Assembly: GCF_001194135.2 (NCBI RefSeq)
Contig: NC_068987.1
Coordinates: 57,432,047 to 57,492,293, forward strand
Direction: 5' to 3'
Origin: Octopus bimaculoides
Lineage: Eukaryota
DNA length: 60,247 nucleotides
Part shown: piece after piece, positions 37,648-51,330 of the stretch
How positions within the stretch are numbered: the stretch's first letter is position 1
Layout of the letters: each line of letters starts with the position of its first letter
Notes under the pieces: model-generated
Told to the model about the DNA's origin: nothing
The model's database searches: none
What the model saw: only the letters and a program-made list of their open reading frames with translations
Made by a program: the position numbers and the translations under genes

Positions 37648-40600
37648 CATTGCTAGAAATAGACTGGACCGAGTGGTTATAAATATTAACGATCGGAGTG
37701 AGGTTTGTGTGTTAGTTCGAGTTGAGTTCGCAGTAAAGTCGGAAGGTGTCGGTTGGTTAGTTCTTTGGGAATTTTGATTGTTGATACGGGAAAGAGATTG
37801 TTGGATCTTTACGTTGGTATTAAGGCTGCATCGTTATTTTGTTTGCTGTTACTACACTGGTACAGCATATCTAAACTATCCGTCACAGCATCGTGGCGGT
37901 ACCACGACATTTAGAGATGGAGGATACAACATCTGGGGACGAGGGTTTCGAAGCTCACGTAGGTTCTTTAACAATTTATTCGTGATACAACTTGTTAAAT
38001 GACAGAAGGCCTATTTGCTTCTATAATACTGTTGCAAAAGAAACAACTAAAACAACAACAGAAGTTGCAGAAGTAACTAGTACAGCAACAACTACAACAA
38101 CAAAAATTATTGGAGCTATACGCAAAGAAGTCCGAAAATGCAGTAAGTTCGTTTTCACTAGAAGACGTAGCGAACTCCATAAGACATTCCAGTAAAAAAC
38201 CCACAGGAGGATATAACTTTTGCGGCATATTACAGAATGTACGAGGAGATTTTTAAGGAAGATTGCAAAACATGGTCGGACGAAGAAAAAGTAATGTTAT
38301 TATTACGTAAATTAAGTCCGTCTGAGCATGAACAATACTGTAATTTCATATTGCCCAAAGAGTCTAGTGAAATTTGTTTTCAGAAAGCAATCAAATTACT
38401 GTCTAACACGTTCGGTAATAAAACCTCTCTATTTAACACTCGAGTGAAGTGTTGATACTTAACTAAAAAAGAGAAAGACGACTTTATTACGTATGCAGGA
38501 ACAGTCAACAGAATGTGTGAAAGATTCAAACTTAAAGAACTTATTCTTGAGATGTTTAAATTACAGCAAATGAAAATACAGAAATACGGACAAAAATTCT
38601 TTTGAAACTTGAACATGCGAACCAAGATTTAACCCTGCAGACTGTTGCAGAAGAGTGTCAAAGGATGGTGAACCTGAAACATGAGGTAAGAAAACTTCAA
38701 GAAAAGGATTTCGCAAAAATACAGATATATCTACCGAGAAAGTATAACCAAAGAAGATTTCTAGGTCCTAATCTAAGTTACGGATATGATGACCTATATT
38801 TCAGAAAAGTTCGTTCTTTTAAAAATCAAAAATGTTACAATTGTCAAAAATTTGGACACAAGAGTTCATACTGCAGAAGAAAAAGGTCAAATGTAAAAGA
38901 TTCTAAAGTAGAAAGTAAAACCGACTCCCAAATAAGGAAATGTGTACACGTAAAAGTAAGCGAAGTAAATATTAAATTACAACTGGATACTGGAGTGACA
39001 TTTCAATCATTAACACCGACACGTGGAAGAAAATAGAAAAAACCTATGTTAAGAAAAATAGCGAAAACTGCGTGTGGCGTGACAGGTGACAAACTACACT
39101 TTGTAGGTGAAATGTCACATTTCAAGGAAAAACTTCCAAGGCAAAAGTTTTCGTCGTAAAGAATGCAACTAGTCTGTTTGGTACTGACTGGTTAGAGTTA
39201 TTTGACTTTTGGGATCAATCAATTAGCCGGTAATGTAAAAACTGAGATGGCTGCCCCACCGGTGAAAAACATCTAGCAACTGAATTGAAGAAAAAAATTA
39301 ATTCAAAACGTTATGTGTTGTGTTATTCAGCAACTGCCAGTGACAGCGCATGATATAAAAATGAAATCCGCAGAGGATAATTACATTACAAGAATGAAAG
39401 AAATGTTGAAAAATAAGCAAAATAAAAATACAAATTCGAATACTTTTTCACTGTGACGATGTTTTAATGTACGCGCAAAGAGTGGTAGTACCAACTATAC
39501 TACAAAAACGAGTATTGCAGGAATTCCACAGTGGACACCCGGGAATGTCGAGAATGAAAGGCTTAATGAGGAGCTATGTATACTGGCCGACAATGGACCA
39601 GGACATTGAAAATTGTGAAAAATCATGTAGAGGTTGTGCACTAGCAGCCAAAGCACCACCGGTGAAATACCAATCGTAGGCTAAGGCGAATAGTCCGTGG
39701 TTCGGTTATATACGCTGGACCGGTAAACGGCGCATATTATCTAATCGTTGTTGATAGCGGTACAAAGTGGCCAGAGATATGTAGGTGTAATACACCAGCC
39801 GCAAAGACAGCAATAAAGTTCCAGTATGAATTATTTGCTCGATACGGTGTTCCAGAAACGTTGGTGTCAGATAATGGAACACATTTACTGGTAGTGAATT
39901 CAAAGTTTTCTACAAAATACATGCTATAAAGCATATCTATATCTCGCCCTACCACCCGAGGTCAAATGAGCAGGTTGAAAGGTTCGTTGATACTTTCAAG
40001 CGATCGTGAAGAAAATAAAGGAATGACGTAGTTAATGACGAAGCACTAATGAAATACTTCAGGGTATAAAGAATAACGCCCAATCTGAATATCAGTCCAG
40101 GAAAGTATCTGGCAGAGTTAATATTCACGCGAAAATAAAATCAATCTTCGATAAATTATTGCCTGGAAAAAGTATATTGAAAGGAAATACAGAAAAGACA
40201 ACAGAACATTTTTGAAGTAGGAAATAAAGTTCATTTTAAAATTTACAAAAATGGTAAAGGAGGCTGGGAGAATGATTTTGTAACTAAAAGATTAGGAAAC
40301 ATGATGTATGTAATTAAATGACAACGTTGGGAACATAAATGACACCTAAACCAATTAAAGACGAAACATACTGAAAAGCGAGAGGAAATACCAATGGAAG
40401 TTTGCTATGATATTTTTGAGGTGTCAGCACCGAAAGATATTGAGCCTCTTAGAAGCAGCAGTAGAAAAAGAAAACAGACGGTACACTTAAAAATACTGCC
40501 AAAACGAAAAAGATATATAAAAATAGGAGAGATGCTGGAAAAATAAAAAATAAAATAAATTTCACTTCTCACGGAAGTCGAAATCTCAAAGGGGAAGATG

Positions 40601-40877
40601 TTGTGTTGAGAGTCCCGACGCCCATTTGCGACAAATAGACTGGACCGAACTTCGGAGGGAAGTCTGTGTGTTCGATTTGAGTCCGCAGTGAAGTCGGAAG
40701 GTGTCAATTGGCTAGTTCGTTTGAAACATTGAATGTTTTTTCGTGAAGACATTGTTACGTTGCTATTACAGCTGCATCGTTATCTTGTTTACTGTTACTA
40801 CACTGGTACAGTGTATCTAAACCATCCGTCACAATATCGTGGCAGAACCACGGCATTTAGAGACGGACGAGACAACA
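37648..40877 (+). mobile_element. Ty3/Gypsy LTR retrotransposon, degenerate, with RT/RNase H deleted
   Basis: 5' LTR about 37648-37931 (its 5' end is missing), 3' LTR 40599-40877 (TG..CA). PBS-like TGGGGACGAGG at 37934, polypurine tract aaaggggaaga before the 3' LTR. Gag (WSDEEKVMLLLRKL), zinc knuckle CYNCQKFGHKSSYC, protease LQLDTG, integrase H-H-C-C zinc finger (FHSGHPG..CRGC) and core. Confidence 0.95.
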
Positions 40878-40984
40878 TTTGTGCAGGTTGTTCAGCATGA
40901 AATTGTAGAACCCTCTTTCGAGAACTACGAGAAGCTACTTAATACATCTATATGGTAAGGTAAAAAGACCCCCGCTTCGGTCAT

Positions 40985-41310
40985 GAATGACCATAGAACT
41001 GCACATAAAAAGTTACTCTCTGAGGTACAATCCGAGCAAGGTTGTTTTCAGAAGACTAGCAGTCGCCTACTAGCCTGCATACTAGCCTCCCCTCTCCACG
41101 CCACCGATGCTATCCAAGGGAAAAGCAAAGGGCGATACAGCTCGGCACCAGTGACGTTGCAAGTCATTTCTACAGCTGAGTGAACTTGAGCAACGTTCAA
41201 TAAAGTGTCTTGCTCAAGAGCACAACATACATCTCGGTCCGGGAATCAAACTCACTACCTTATGATTGTGAGCCTGACGCAATAACCAGTGAGCCATGCG
41301 CCTTCACAAC
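40985..41310 (-). mobile_element. tRNA-derived SINE (related diverged heads at 25620-25970 + and 56290-56556 -)
   Basis: Minus-strand head gaaggcgcatggctcactggtt...gagtttgattccc, then ttgagcaagacacttta...cactcagctg. Confidence 0.75.
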
Positions 41311-41983
41311 ATGTATATGGACCAGCCAAGTAACGGTCAAATTGTGTTGCACCAGTGACATTACACAAACTGTCCACATTTCTGCTGGGATGGCCTAACT
41401 CCTATTTCCTCTGATTCATACCTAATCTAATGCATCGTACTTATCTGTATCAAAGGAGGATGGTATTAAACTAGAATACCATTAGGTCAGTCGTCATGAA
41501 TATGCTTCAAAAAGCAACGACGGACAATACATGTAGAAAACAGTAATTTAAGCCAAAATCTGCGTAATCTGAATGATTAGCCTTATGATAAAATACATTT
41601 ATTTTTTCTTTTAACAGGCTCAGCATTTAACTCTGTCTTTTCTTCATAAGAAGGTACGGCGGGATTTCAGGGAAATGGGGTTACTATTTCTAGCATACCA
41701 TTTACAGGGAAAGCGTCTGTTTTTGGTTCCTGCGGTCGATTTATATCAAACTCCTTTTTAACTGATATATTATTTTATGGACATCGGAATGATACAAGGC
41801 AAGTCGAAACCCGCTTGGTTTGAACATATCGGTAATATAATAAAATACCGGAAGTCACTGTGTTTGCTTCTTTAAGGATTTTTCCGCCCACTACACATTT
41901 AGCAAAAAATGTTGATGAGAAGAGTGACTAAAGTGATAATACAGTCAGCAAGTAAATAAAAATAACATGCATAGGTATACAGA

Positions 41984-42369
41984 TAATGTTGGCACTCCGT
42001 CGCTTACGACGTCGAGGGTTCCAGTTGATGCGATCAACGGAACAGCCTGCTCGTGAAATTAACGTACAAGTGGCTGAGCACTCCACAGACACGTGTACCC
42101 TTAACGTAGTTCTCGAGGATATTCAGCATGACACAGTGTGACAAGGCTGACCCTTTGAATTACAGGCACAACAGAAACAGGAAGTAAGAGTGAGAGAAAA
42201 TTGTGGTGAAAGAGTACAGCAGGGTTCGCCACCATCCCCTGCCGGAGCCTCGTAGAGCTTTAGGTGTTTTCGCTCAATAAACACTCACAACGCCCAGTCT
42301 GGGAATCGAAACCGCGATCCTATGACCGCGAGTCCGCTGCCCTAACCACTGGGCCATTGCGCCTCCACT
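41984..42369 (-). mobile_element. Full-length tRNA-derived SINE family C with a 12-bp TSD
   Basis: A-box TGGCCCAGTGG, B-box GGTTTCGATTCCC. TSD TAGGTATACAGA at 41972-41983 and 42370-42381. Confidence 0.92.
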
Positions 42370-43210
42370 TAGGTATACAGAACGGAAACTATAACAGAAA
42401 ATATTATTGAATAAGATTAGTTCAAGAAGATGGGAGGAAAATAATTTTTAATGAAAGAAATGGTGATAGGACTTCAGTCAGCTCTAAACAGATAAATGAT
42501 GTTGGTAATTTCGACATGTTAGATAGGAAAATCCATATATTATATAAATGATAGAAAGCTATTCGTTGAGATGTTTAAAATCATAAATTACAAAATACAC
42601 TTATTAGATTTCACGAGCTAATGCGTGTTTCTATAGTTACAAGCCATATTTCCAAAAAATATATCTAGAAGAAAAAGTACAACAGTCATAAAAGAAGTAA
42701 ATAATCTGTTAAAGAAATGCGAATATAAAATAGTTCAGAAGATAATCGCAGCAGTAGTTGTAGTAGTGTTTGTAAACTTTGCAATAAACTGTACTTAAAT
42801 GATTAAAATAGCGTGTCCTATTTTCAAAGGAATGAAGCTGTAAAAATCAGAAATAAAGTTACAGAATTATGTTGTTATCTTATTTGCGAAATCAATTAAG
42901 TTCTTAATTTGCAAAGTTAAGGAATTAAAATATATCACACCTCAGAAGAGTTGTTCCGAAATTAATTATAAAGGACTGTTTCGTTTCTGTTGTTGCAGAG
43001 ATTAACAACCATAAATGAAAGCGAACTTTTTTCTCAGTTCGATCATAGACGTGCTATTACAAAGGGCTAAAAAAAGCGGCTACGATAATGCACGCATTTT
43101 AAATGACGAAATATCAGCTGAAACGTTGTGTTAACAACAAACAAGATGAGGACAAATATCCGTCAAATGTAAATAATGTATACAAAACCGAGTTCGATTC
43201 TAAGCAGTGA

Positions 43211-43251
<41 letters not shown>

Positions 43252-43298
43252 TCGAAAAATATCTTAGGAATGAGAACCCAGGTTCGAAATTTCCCCAA

Positions 43299-43344
43299 GA
43301 CACCTGATGAAGGCTGGAGGGTATATCAGCCGAAACGTTGTGTT
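43299..43344 (+). ncRNA. Minimal type-I hammerhead ribozyme with an intact core
   Basis: Stem I GACAC/GTGTT, core CTGATGA plus an extra A, stem II GGCTG/CAGCC, GAAA, palindromic AACGTT stem III. Predicted cleavage after GUU (43339). Confidence 0.8.
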
Positions 43345-43913
43345 AACAACAAACAAGATGAGGACAAATATCCGTCAAATGTAAATAATGNNNNNNNNNN
43401 NNNNNNNNNNNNNNNNNNNNNNNNNNNNNNNNNNNNNNNNNNNNNNNNNNNNNNNNNNNNNNNNNNNNNNNNNNNNNNNNNNNNNNNNNNNNNNNNNNNN
43501 NNNNNNNNNNNNNNNNNNNNNNNNNNNNNNNNNNNNNNNNNNNNNNNNNNNNNNNNNNNNNNNNNNNNNNNNNNNNNNNNNNNNNNNNNNNNNNNNNNNN
43601 NNNNNNNNNNNNNNNNNNNNNNNNNNNNNNNNNNNNNNNNNNNNNNNNNNNNNNNNNNNNNNNNNNNNNNNNNNNNNNNNNNNNNNNNNNNNNNNNNNNN
43701 NNNNNNNNNNNNNNNNNNNNNNNNNNNNNNNNNNNNNNNNNNNNNNNNNNNNNNNNNNNNNNNNNNNNNNNNNNNNNNNNNNNNNNNNNNNNNNNNNNNN
43801 NNNNNNNNNNNNNNNNNNNNNNNNNNNNNNNNNNNNNNNNNNNNNNNNNNNNNNNNNNNNNNNNNNNNNNNNNNNNNNNNNNNNNNNNNNNNNNNNNNNN
43901 NNNNNNNNNNNNN

Positions 43914-43944
<31 letters not shown>

Positions 43945-43991
43945 TCGAAAAATATCTTAGGAATGAGAACCCAGGTTCGAAATTTCCCCAA

Positions 43992-44037
43992 GACACCTGA
44001 TGAAGGCTGGAGGGTATATCAGCCGAAACGTTGTGCT
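43992..44037 (+). ncRNA. Minimal type-I hammerhead ribozyme, second intact-core copy
   Basis: Identical core. The stem I 3' arm is GTGCT (T>C at 44036), which leaves one mismatch. Confidence 0.72.
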
Positions 44038-44113
44038 AACAACAAACAAGATGAGGACAAATATCCGTCAAATGTAAATAATGTAAATAACATTATTATC
44101 ATTATTATTATTA

Positions 44114-44184
<71 letters not shown>

Positions 44185-44186
<2 letters not shown>

Positions 44187-44345
44187 GGCGGCGAGCTAGC
44201 AGAAGCGTTTGCACGCCGGGCGAAATGCTTAGCGGCATTTTGTCTGTCTCACGTTCTGAGTACAAATGACGCAGGGGTGGATAAAATGAGTACTAGCTGA
44301 GTACTGGAGCTGATGTAATCGACTCATCTCCTCCCCCAAATTTTC
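44185..44345 (+). mobile_element. SINE family A with the same internal deletion as 24822-24978
   Basis: Shared deletion and shared variants (agctagcagaa, cgttt, ggcattttgtctgtctcacg, gactcatctc). Confidence 0.88.
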
Positions 44346-44616
44346 CCCAAATGGCGCTGTTACACATCATTTTATAATTCAAAATTTAGTATGCATATAT
44401 GTGTGTGTGGGTGTGTGTGTATATATATAAATGTGTGTGTGTGTCTATCTTTCAATTTAGTCCCCCATTACTGCTTGACTATCGGTGTCAGTTTCTTTAC
44501 GTCCCCATAACTTAACAGTTCGAGAAAAAAGACCGAAAAGTAAGTACCAGACTTTAAAACAATACGTATTAGGGTTGATTTACTTAACGGAAGATAAAAA
44601 ATACACACACACACAC

Positions 44617-44672
<56 letters not shown>

Positions 44673-44879
44673 GATTCCTGCAGCTTCAGCCTTCTAAATG
44701 ACCAAATATATTGGCAATCCAAGGTTACATTTGCACTGTTTTTGCAAGATGTTGTCCAGAAAAATCGAACCAAAAGCTACGTCTTTGTGCAGCAACTTTT
44801 TCAACTACACATCTTCCGTAATGACTAAGTCGGCCTACAGATTTCATCATGTTATTATTTTTTCTTGATCAGAGCAGCC

Positions 44880-45110
44880 AATTGTTGGAGTAGCATTGTT
44901 ACTAATAGACTGGCAATCATCAGTCACCATTGGTCCTTGTCATCTGTCGCAGTAAAGAGTCGTAGTGTTGGGACCTGCCCACACATTAATGTTAATGGAC
45001 AAAGAGTTTTGTTATCTACTTTTACTTTGATCGTTCCGGTTCCACTGCAGCAAGATATGGTCTTTGCCTTCCAGTATATTGCTTGGCTTGCTGCCGAAAA
45101 AGCTGTTTGT
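44880..45110 (-). mobile_element. RTE-like LINE 3' end fragment
   Basis: NILEGK... and ATDDKDQW*LMIASLL resemble the RTE C-terminal EGK..RGR..W / A.DR..WR..IANL motifs. Confidence 0.45.
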
Positions 45111-48100
45111 CTTGCGCCTCCACATTTCAGTGACTTTTATCATAGCTAACCACAAATTAATCAATCTAAGTTCCTCAGTCTAAGTAAATAATATAATAAC
45201 AAACCAGCAACTACATGAGAGAGTAAAAAAATAAGCGCCGGCCATCTGCCCTGATTACATAACTGGCTGTTGTCTGTTCGAGAGGGAAGTTAGTGTAACA
45301 AACAGGAAGCATCACATGATCTGTAGATATAACGACGCTGTTACTTATTTAGTTACCAAATCGAAACATGTCTGGAATTGTCAGGGAACTGCTAATGATT
45401 AGATTCAGTCTCACTACATTTTAATGACTTAAATTAAAATTCTTAATTGTCTCACCTTGCGAACGTTCGCTAAAATTAGTAATTTAGAAGATGATTGCTT
45501 TCACCATTAAGCTTATACTTTCACTTAATAACTTGGCTTACTCTGTTGAGTTTGGCACACGTTTTATTTATTCAAATTCTCACAATAACAACTGAAGAAA
45601 AATGCTCTAGAAAGAACGGGTAGAACCAAAGAAAATTCAAATGTTTACTCCTGTTAAAGTGGACTTTATTCATTTAGATAATAGCAATTTTTTTAAATTA
45701 TAAATTGACCTAGATAACGATCGAGTTCATCAGCACAGTAAAGTACCCGGCTATCTCTTATAGTTTTTAATTTCGTGTCAGTATATTTAGCTTCATTCTT
45801 TATGATCGATATATTAATACAATTAATATAACGAAATCGAGTCAACTGACTCCATTTTATCTTCAACAAATATTAGTCATGTGATTAGCGAAAATCAAAC
45901 AATTTATCCATTTTAGCAACTGCATATCATTTTTCAAGACTATTCTTGCTTTTTACAGCATCAGCTGAATACAAATATGAATTAAAACAGAAATTTCTAG
46001 AATCGATACGATTTTATGTAGACTTGTATGTATAGTCTGAAGCATTTTTTACTTCCATGAATAGTGATTTTGAATAGAATTTGTAATAGCGTACAATAAA
46101 ATGGTACAGACTGTTATATTTACATACTTAATAATAAGCTAATATTTAGACCAAGTAAGAAAAAGTTGTTGTTTTCCTTCCAAAAATAAGAATCTCTTTA
46201 TTACATTTTTATGCATTGGTAATAAATCACAAAATGGGTGGAGTTATTTAATTGCTAATCCGTAATTCCAACAATTGCTAATCCGTAATTTCACCCTATG
46301 TCATGTGTGCGTGTCATATAATCATTCATTTAATTATGAAGAAATCGATGACATTTTAAGGCTTGAAGTAAATTTCATTAGATGTAGACGAAAATAGACA
46401 ATAGTCACATTACAAATATAATAACTAAAATTATTAATGCATAAAGCAAAAGATTTACATCAATATTTTTATTGCTTTTTTATTTGCTAGAAAACGCACA
46501 GATGAGAAAATGATGCATAGATGAAAAAGAAAACCAACAACAACAAAAAAGCAACGTCTCTCAGTAGCATTAGAATTATATAGCATATAAAATATCTTGA
46601 CTAAATAATGTGGTGTATTAAGTCTGGCATTGCACTGATTCTGCTTAATAATTACCCTGTGACTAATATAGGATGCAGCACAAAAGAACCTTCCACTTTT
46701 ACATAGCAAAGAATGGTGAATCTGAGAGTTTGCTTTGACGCACCATATATATTGATCAATGTTTCCAGGCCTATAGTTTAACAGTATCATGACAGTATCT
46801 GTCATTAATTTGTTCTGGTAAAGCAAAATAGATTAAGTTTTTTTAGCTTTTAGCTTTTTATCTATTTTACTTACAATTGCTGAGACCATACTGGAGCAGC
46901 ACGTTAATATTTTTAAAATGTTTTAGTAATAAACTCCGTAATTTTCACTGGAGTTACATATGTATCTGAACCCAGTTGTGAACTCATGTTATACGGAACT
47001 AAACTGGAAATTATATAAGGCATCTTAATCTTACATTCAGTTCTCTTAGGCATTATTTTTACTAAAGATTAAATTTGTTTTTTCATATTGAGATCTGAGG
47101 AAGAAAATAAATTTCTCAGTGATGTAGAAAAAACAAACAAAAAAAGACCAAACAAAAACAAAAACCTTAATTTTTGTTGAGAGTCTTTTACGAAAATTCA
47201 ATTAAGGAAATGTACTTAAAAGAACATTAGAATTCTCTGATCCAATTCCCAAAGGATAAGATATCATGCTAATAATTTAGAAAAGTTTGAAATTTTTGAT
47301 ATGAAAAAATATGAAGGATATTGTTTTACGTGTCTGTTTGAATAGATTTATTGAACTTGTTTGGTTTCACGCCAGTTTGAAGTGCCAGCTACTGACATTT
47401 TCTTCTGACACACTTCAAATAATTTTCGTAGGCAATTCTGATATAATTTGCTAAACCTTATTTGGTGAAACGAATTATGCTAGATACGTTATGCAAACAA
47501 AATATTTTTTATTTATATTATTTTCTCTGCATGTTTTTTTTTTTTTTTCATTTAGCACTATTACTCCTGACTCAACCTTCATATGAAAATATTTGTCCTG
47601 AACTGAGAATTTTACAGTTCTCTGTATCCATTTTGTTTATATTTTCATTCTAGAAATCAAATAGCAATAAAAATTCTCGATGCTTTAAAATTTTGTTATT
47701 GGAAAATTATGTTTTAAAATCATTAGAGTTTTCGGTCGAGAGAATTTGAATAAATGACTCAACAAGTAGACAGCTAATTAATTTAATGATGCTTTTCTTG
47801 CGGTAATATATAGAATCTTTTCTATATTTTTTTTCTTTCTGTAAACAGTGTTATTGATTATGCAGAGTTGAAACTTACTGGCTATCTATACTCCTATTTT
47901 TATTACACTTGCAACGACCTGATCTTTTCAGCTACAACTAGATATGTCCGAATTATTTTTGCATAATTATTGTGTTGCATTGCTTTATTCAGTTTTAATT
48001 GGCAAGATCTCGTTGTCAATAAAAACGTACATTATTTTAACCTTGAAGCAAGAATAATTATACTGATTTACCACATTGACACAGGCCATAAATTTGTGGT

Positions 48101-48659
48101 CTGATCGAATGATTCAGGTCCCGAACATAATTAGTAATTGCTCTATAATCTTCAGCTGGATCAACGGCAAAGTTCAGAAGCGGTACGATCTAATCTCAAC
48201 AGACAGAGATAAAACCGAACATTTTGATGCGTTTAGTCCGGTGCTTTGTCATTCTTAACATCAGTTGTCTTGATAAAAATTTAAAAATTTGATATAATTC
48301 AAGAAAACAGACGCTAAGTTAAATGTTTTTTAATTGGTTAAATTATTGAAATTTAGGTAATTTTGTCTGAGCGAAAGCTTCATAAATAGTCTTCTAGGAC
48401 TTATGTTAATATTTTATTTTGTATTCTGCAAATCTGACATATACATCATTAGGTAGCTTAACTTTGAAACAGAAAGGTTGTAAATAAATAGTATGAGTCA
48501 ATCTATTGTTTTTGCCTTTCCACTCCACTTCTCTAAAACGAATTATTTCAGAACATTAATTATTTTAACCAGACACTGTAAGGCAATTTGTTCAGTGCTC
48601 TCATGTTTTTCGTACACAACTGTACCGTCATTATCCGGTCTCCATACCGAACAACAAAT

Positions 48660-48754
48660 ACTACTACTACTACTATCACCGCCACCACCACCACCACCAC
48701 CACCAAAACCACCACCACTACTACTACTACCACCGCCACCAGCAGCAGAAACAC

Positions 48755-48797
<43 letters not shown>

Positions 48798-48855
48798 CAC
48801 TGCCACCAGCAGCAGCAACATCCCCACTACTACTACTACTACTACTACTACTTTT
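48660..48855. repeat. Compound (ACT)n/(ACC)n/(AGC)n trinucleotide tract
   Basis: Direct reading; source of the poly-T/P/V/G ORFs. Confidence 0.95.
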
Positions 48856-49099
48856 TGAGAGGTACAAGTCTGCATATTCTGACTGTAGAGTAAAGTAGTT
48901 TATGTCGGTTCCAATTCTTGACTAGTACACAATTCGTTAGATCAAACTCACTGCGTTAGCACCTTGAGCAGGTGTCTTCTGCTATAATCTTACGTTGACA
49001 AGTTCGTTGTGTGTAGAATTTGGAATTTAAAGGATGGAGTCTGTGCCGAACCCTGTCGTGTATAAACGCGCACATGCATACTCACAATCCTGCATATGC

Positions 49100-49385
49100 T
49101 TAGCTGTCATTCACAAGAGTGCGTGACCTGGTAGCTTTCGTTAGTTGTTGTGAGGCCTATGCAGCTGCAAGCAGACTTAGACACCCACTAATATCTATCT
49201 TACCCCCTGATGTAGTGAAACATCGAGAGTGTAAAAGCTGGAGGGAGAAAGAGCTGCACCAGCTGCCGATGAGTAGATCGGATCAGCGCTTCTTGCACGA
49301 TGATGCAGTGCACTACCCGGTTTAGGATTCGAACTCAGAACTTTGTGATCGAGACGTCAGCATTCTTAACCCTTAGGCCACTCAC
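49100..49385 (-). mobile_element. tRNA-derived SINE (another family)
   Basis: Minus-strand head gagtggcctaagggttaagaatgctgac...gagttcgaatcc (A- and B-box-like). Confidence 0.65.
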
Positions 49386-49585
49386 CTCAACACATACACC
49401 CACACACATATGCACGCCGACATATACGTAGTACTGTACACAGCGTATTCAAGTACAGTATATCATTCCATGATTGATGACGACGTTGTTCTAGAGGTGT
49501 GGTCGCCCAAAACTACAACCGATATACTCTACACTTTCGTAGCGTTTCCACCCCCCACCCACAAACAGATACACACACACACACA

Positions 49586-49621
<36 letters not shown>

Positions 49622-50664
49622 TTTCATATTATACGCTTGGTATATTGCATTTCTGTATAATGTATTTGTGCGGAGTATCTCTGATTCTAATATTTATTTC
49701 TAATCTTTGGAATTGGATCTGCAGCATTCATTTGAAAATGAACAATTTGCAGCATGTCTTGTTATATATACATGTGTGCTTGTCTGTGTGTGTGTGTATT
49801 GGTATCTTACTTTTTTCTTTTTAACTTTACTATCTTCTTTTTTTTCTTCCTACATCAATTCAAGTACGTGCTTATTGTGATATTTGTATTGTACTCATTA
49901 GACCTCACTCTCATCTGTACCCCAATCAATCTATTAAAAGTTGGCTTGTGCTGCGTGTCCAGTGTTTTCCCATATGAAAAACCAAGCACGTGTGGGAGAG
50001 CTCACACACACACACACATACAAAAACGTGATTAACTCCCTTATTTTCACCAGAGTTACAGGACTAGCTAAACCTAGTCGTATTGAACTTATAATATAGA
50101 CCACTAACTGGATGTAAGTCATATAAACCTACACAATATATCCCTAGGTATTATTTTGACTAAAAGCTTCTCATTAAAGAACATGAGATTTTCTAAGATA
50201 TGTCAACAAAAAAAGAAAACAAAAATTTTGATTGAAAGTCACTTCACTTATACTGTTAAAATCAGTATAAAAACAGTTTTCTAGTTCAAGACGTGTTCCT
50301 TATGTTCAGTAACTTAGTAGTTCGACAAAACGATATAAAATAATTAAGTACCACATTGATACAATTACAAGGGTCGGTATGATAGATTAAAGTTTTTGAA
50401 GGCAGTTTTCCCATCACGCTCGTAGTCCAAAGACCGAAACCAGCAAAAGAATATAGCGTTAAATCTAGCCTTATATACTTTTTGTGGGATGTTCTGGAGA
50501 AAGTAGAAAGGCATATAGCCTTTACTGACTCTTCGAAGAAAGCGAAATCAATGCAGTTGATATTTCTTTTGAACATGAAGTTGATTCATGCATGAAAGTA
50601 TGGGTAAAGAGGAACCAAAATAAACAACCTAATGTTATGGTGTGGAAAATTCGTTTACTAAAGA

Positions 50665-50735
<71 letters not shown>

Positions 50736-50759
50736 CAGCAGCAGCAGTGGAACATGAAG

Positions 50760-51330
50760 GCAGACACAATATGGGTCCGAAAAGCAGAGGCCATTATAGT
50801 AGTGGTATAAAAGTTAGTGGAAACAGTACGTCCGTTAGTCTAGTCAAAAGCTATAGTGGTGTTGGCAACTCCATGGGAATTACTAGAGTGGTTTCTCTAC
50901 GGATGCAGTCTGTATGCGCAGCAATAGTGCCGTCCAAAATATGGTTGCAGCATTCCACTATGGGCTTTACTTGTAAAACTTTGTACAGGATTAGCACTTG
51001 TTGGGGGATGAAGTAATGTCTAGGCCTAAAGAGAAGTCTAGTTTTTCGGAAATAAGGTTTAATATTATATATGTGTAAAAGTCGTTAGTAATTGTGAAGC
51101 CTGTCACTTGTAGTGATTGTACAGGATTTGACGAGGATGGTGGCGTAAATGCATAAATGCCTGAAATGTGTGCGATTGCATCTCTATACTGCCTACTCAA
51201 AGAAACAAGATTCGTACAATCTTATTGAAGAATCTTTTCGACGCTTCTGTTCATGACAGTAATGTAGGTGTGGTTTCAAGCATTTGAGTTGCAATTAGCT
51301 GGTGCTTATGTGCAGAAGCTTAGGAAGGGC
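50760..51330 (-). mobile_element. CR1/L2-group LINE RT C-terminal fragment
   Basis: PRHYFIPQQVLILYKVLQVKPIVECCNHILDG matches the L..LYK..IRP.LEYC..IW motif. Confidence 0.7.

Larger units (their letters stand above)
43111..44090 (+). repeat. Tandem copies of a ~150-bp hammerhead-bearing repeat separated by (AAT)n, spanning a 523-N gap
   Basis: Partial copy at 43111-43180, full copies at 43249-43390 and 43942-44090. Confidence 0.9.

Noticed and set aside
42300-42366. tRNA-like sequence with A and B boxes
   Set aside because: It is the head of a TSD-flanked SINE with no complete acceptor stem, so not called a tRNA gene.
43111-44090. CRISPR-like or purely artefactual interpretation of the tandem unit
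   Set aside because: Eukaryotic context with no unique spacers. The two full copies differ at 44036 and a partial third copy lies upstream, so it is not just a gap overlap, although one base difference is thin evidence.
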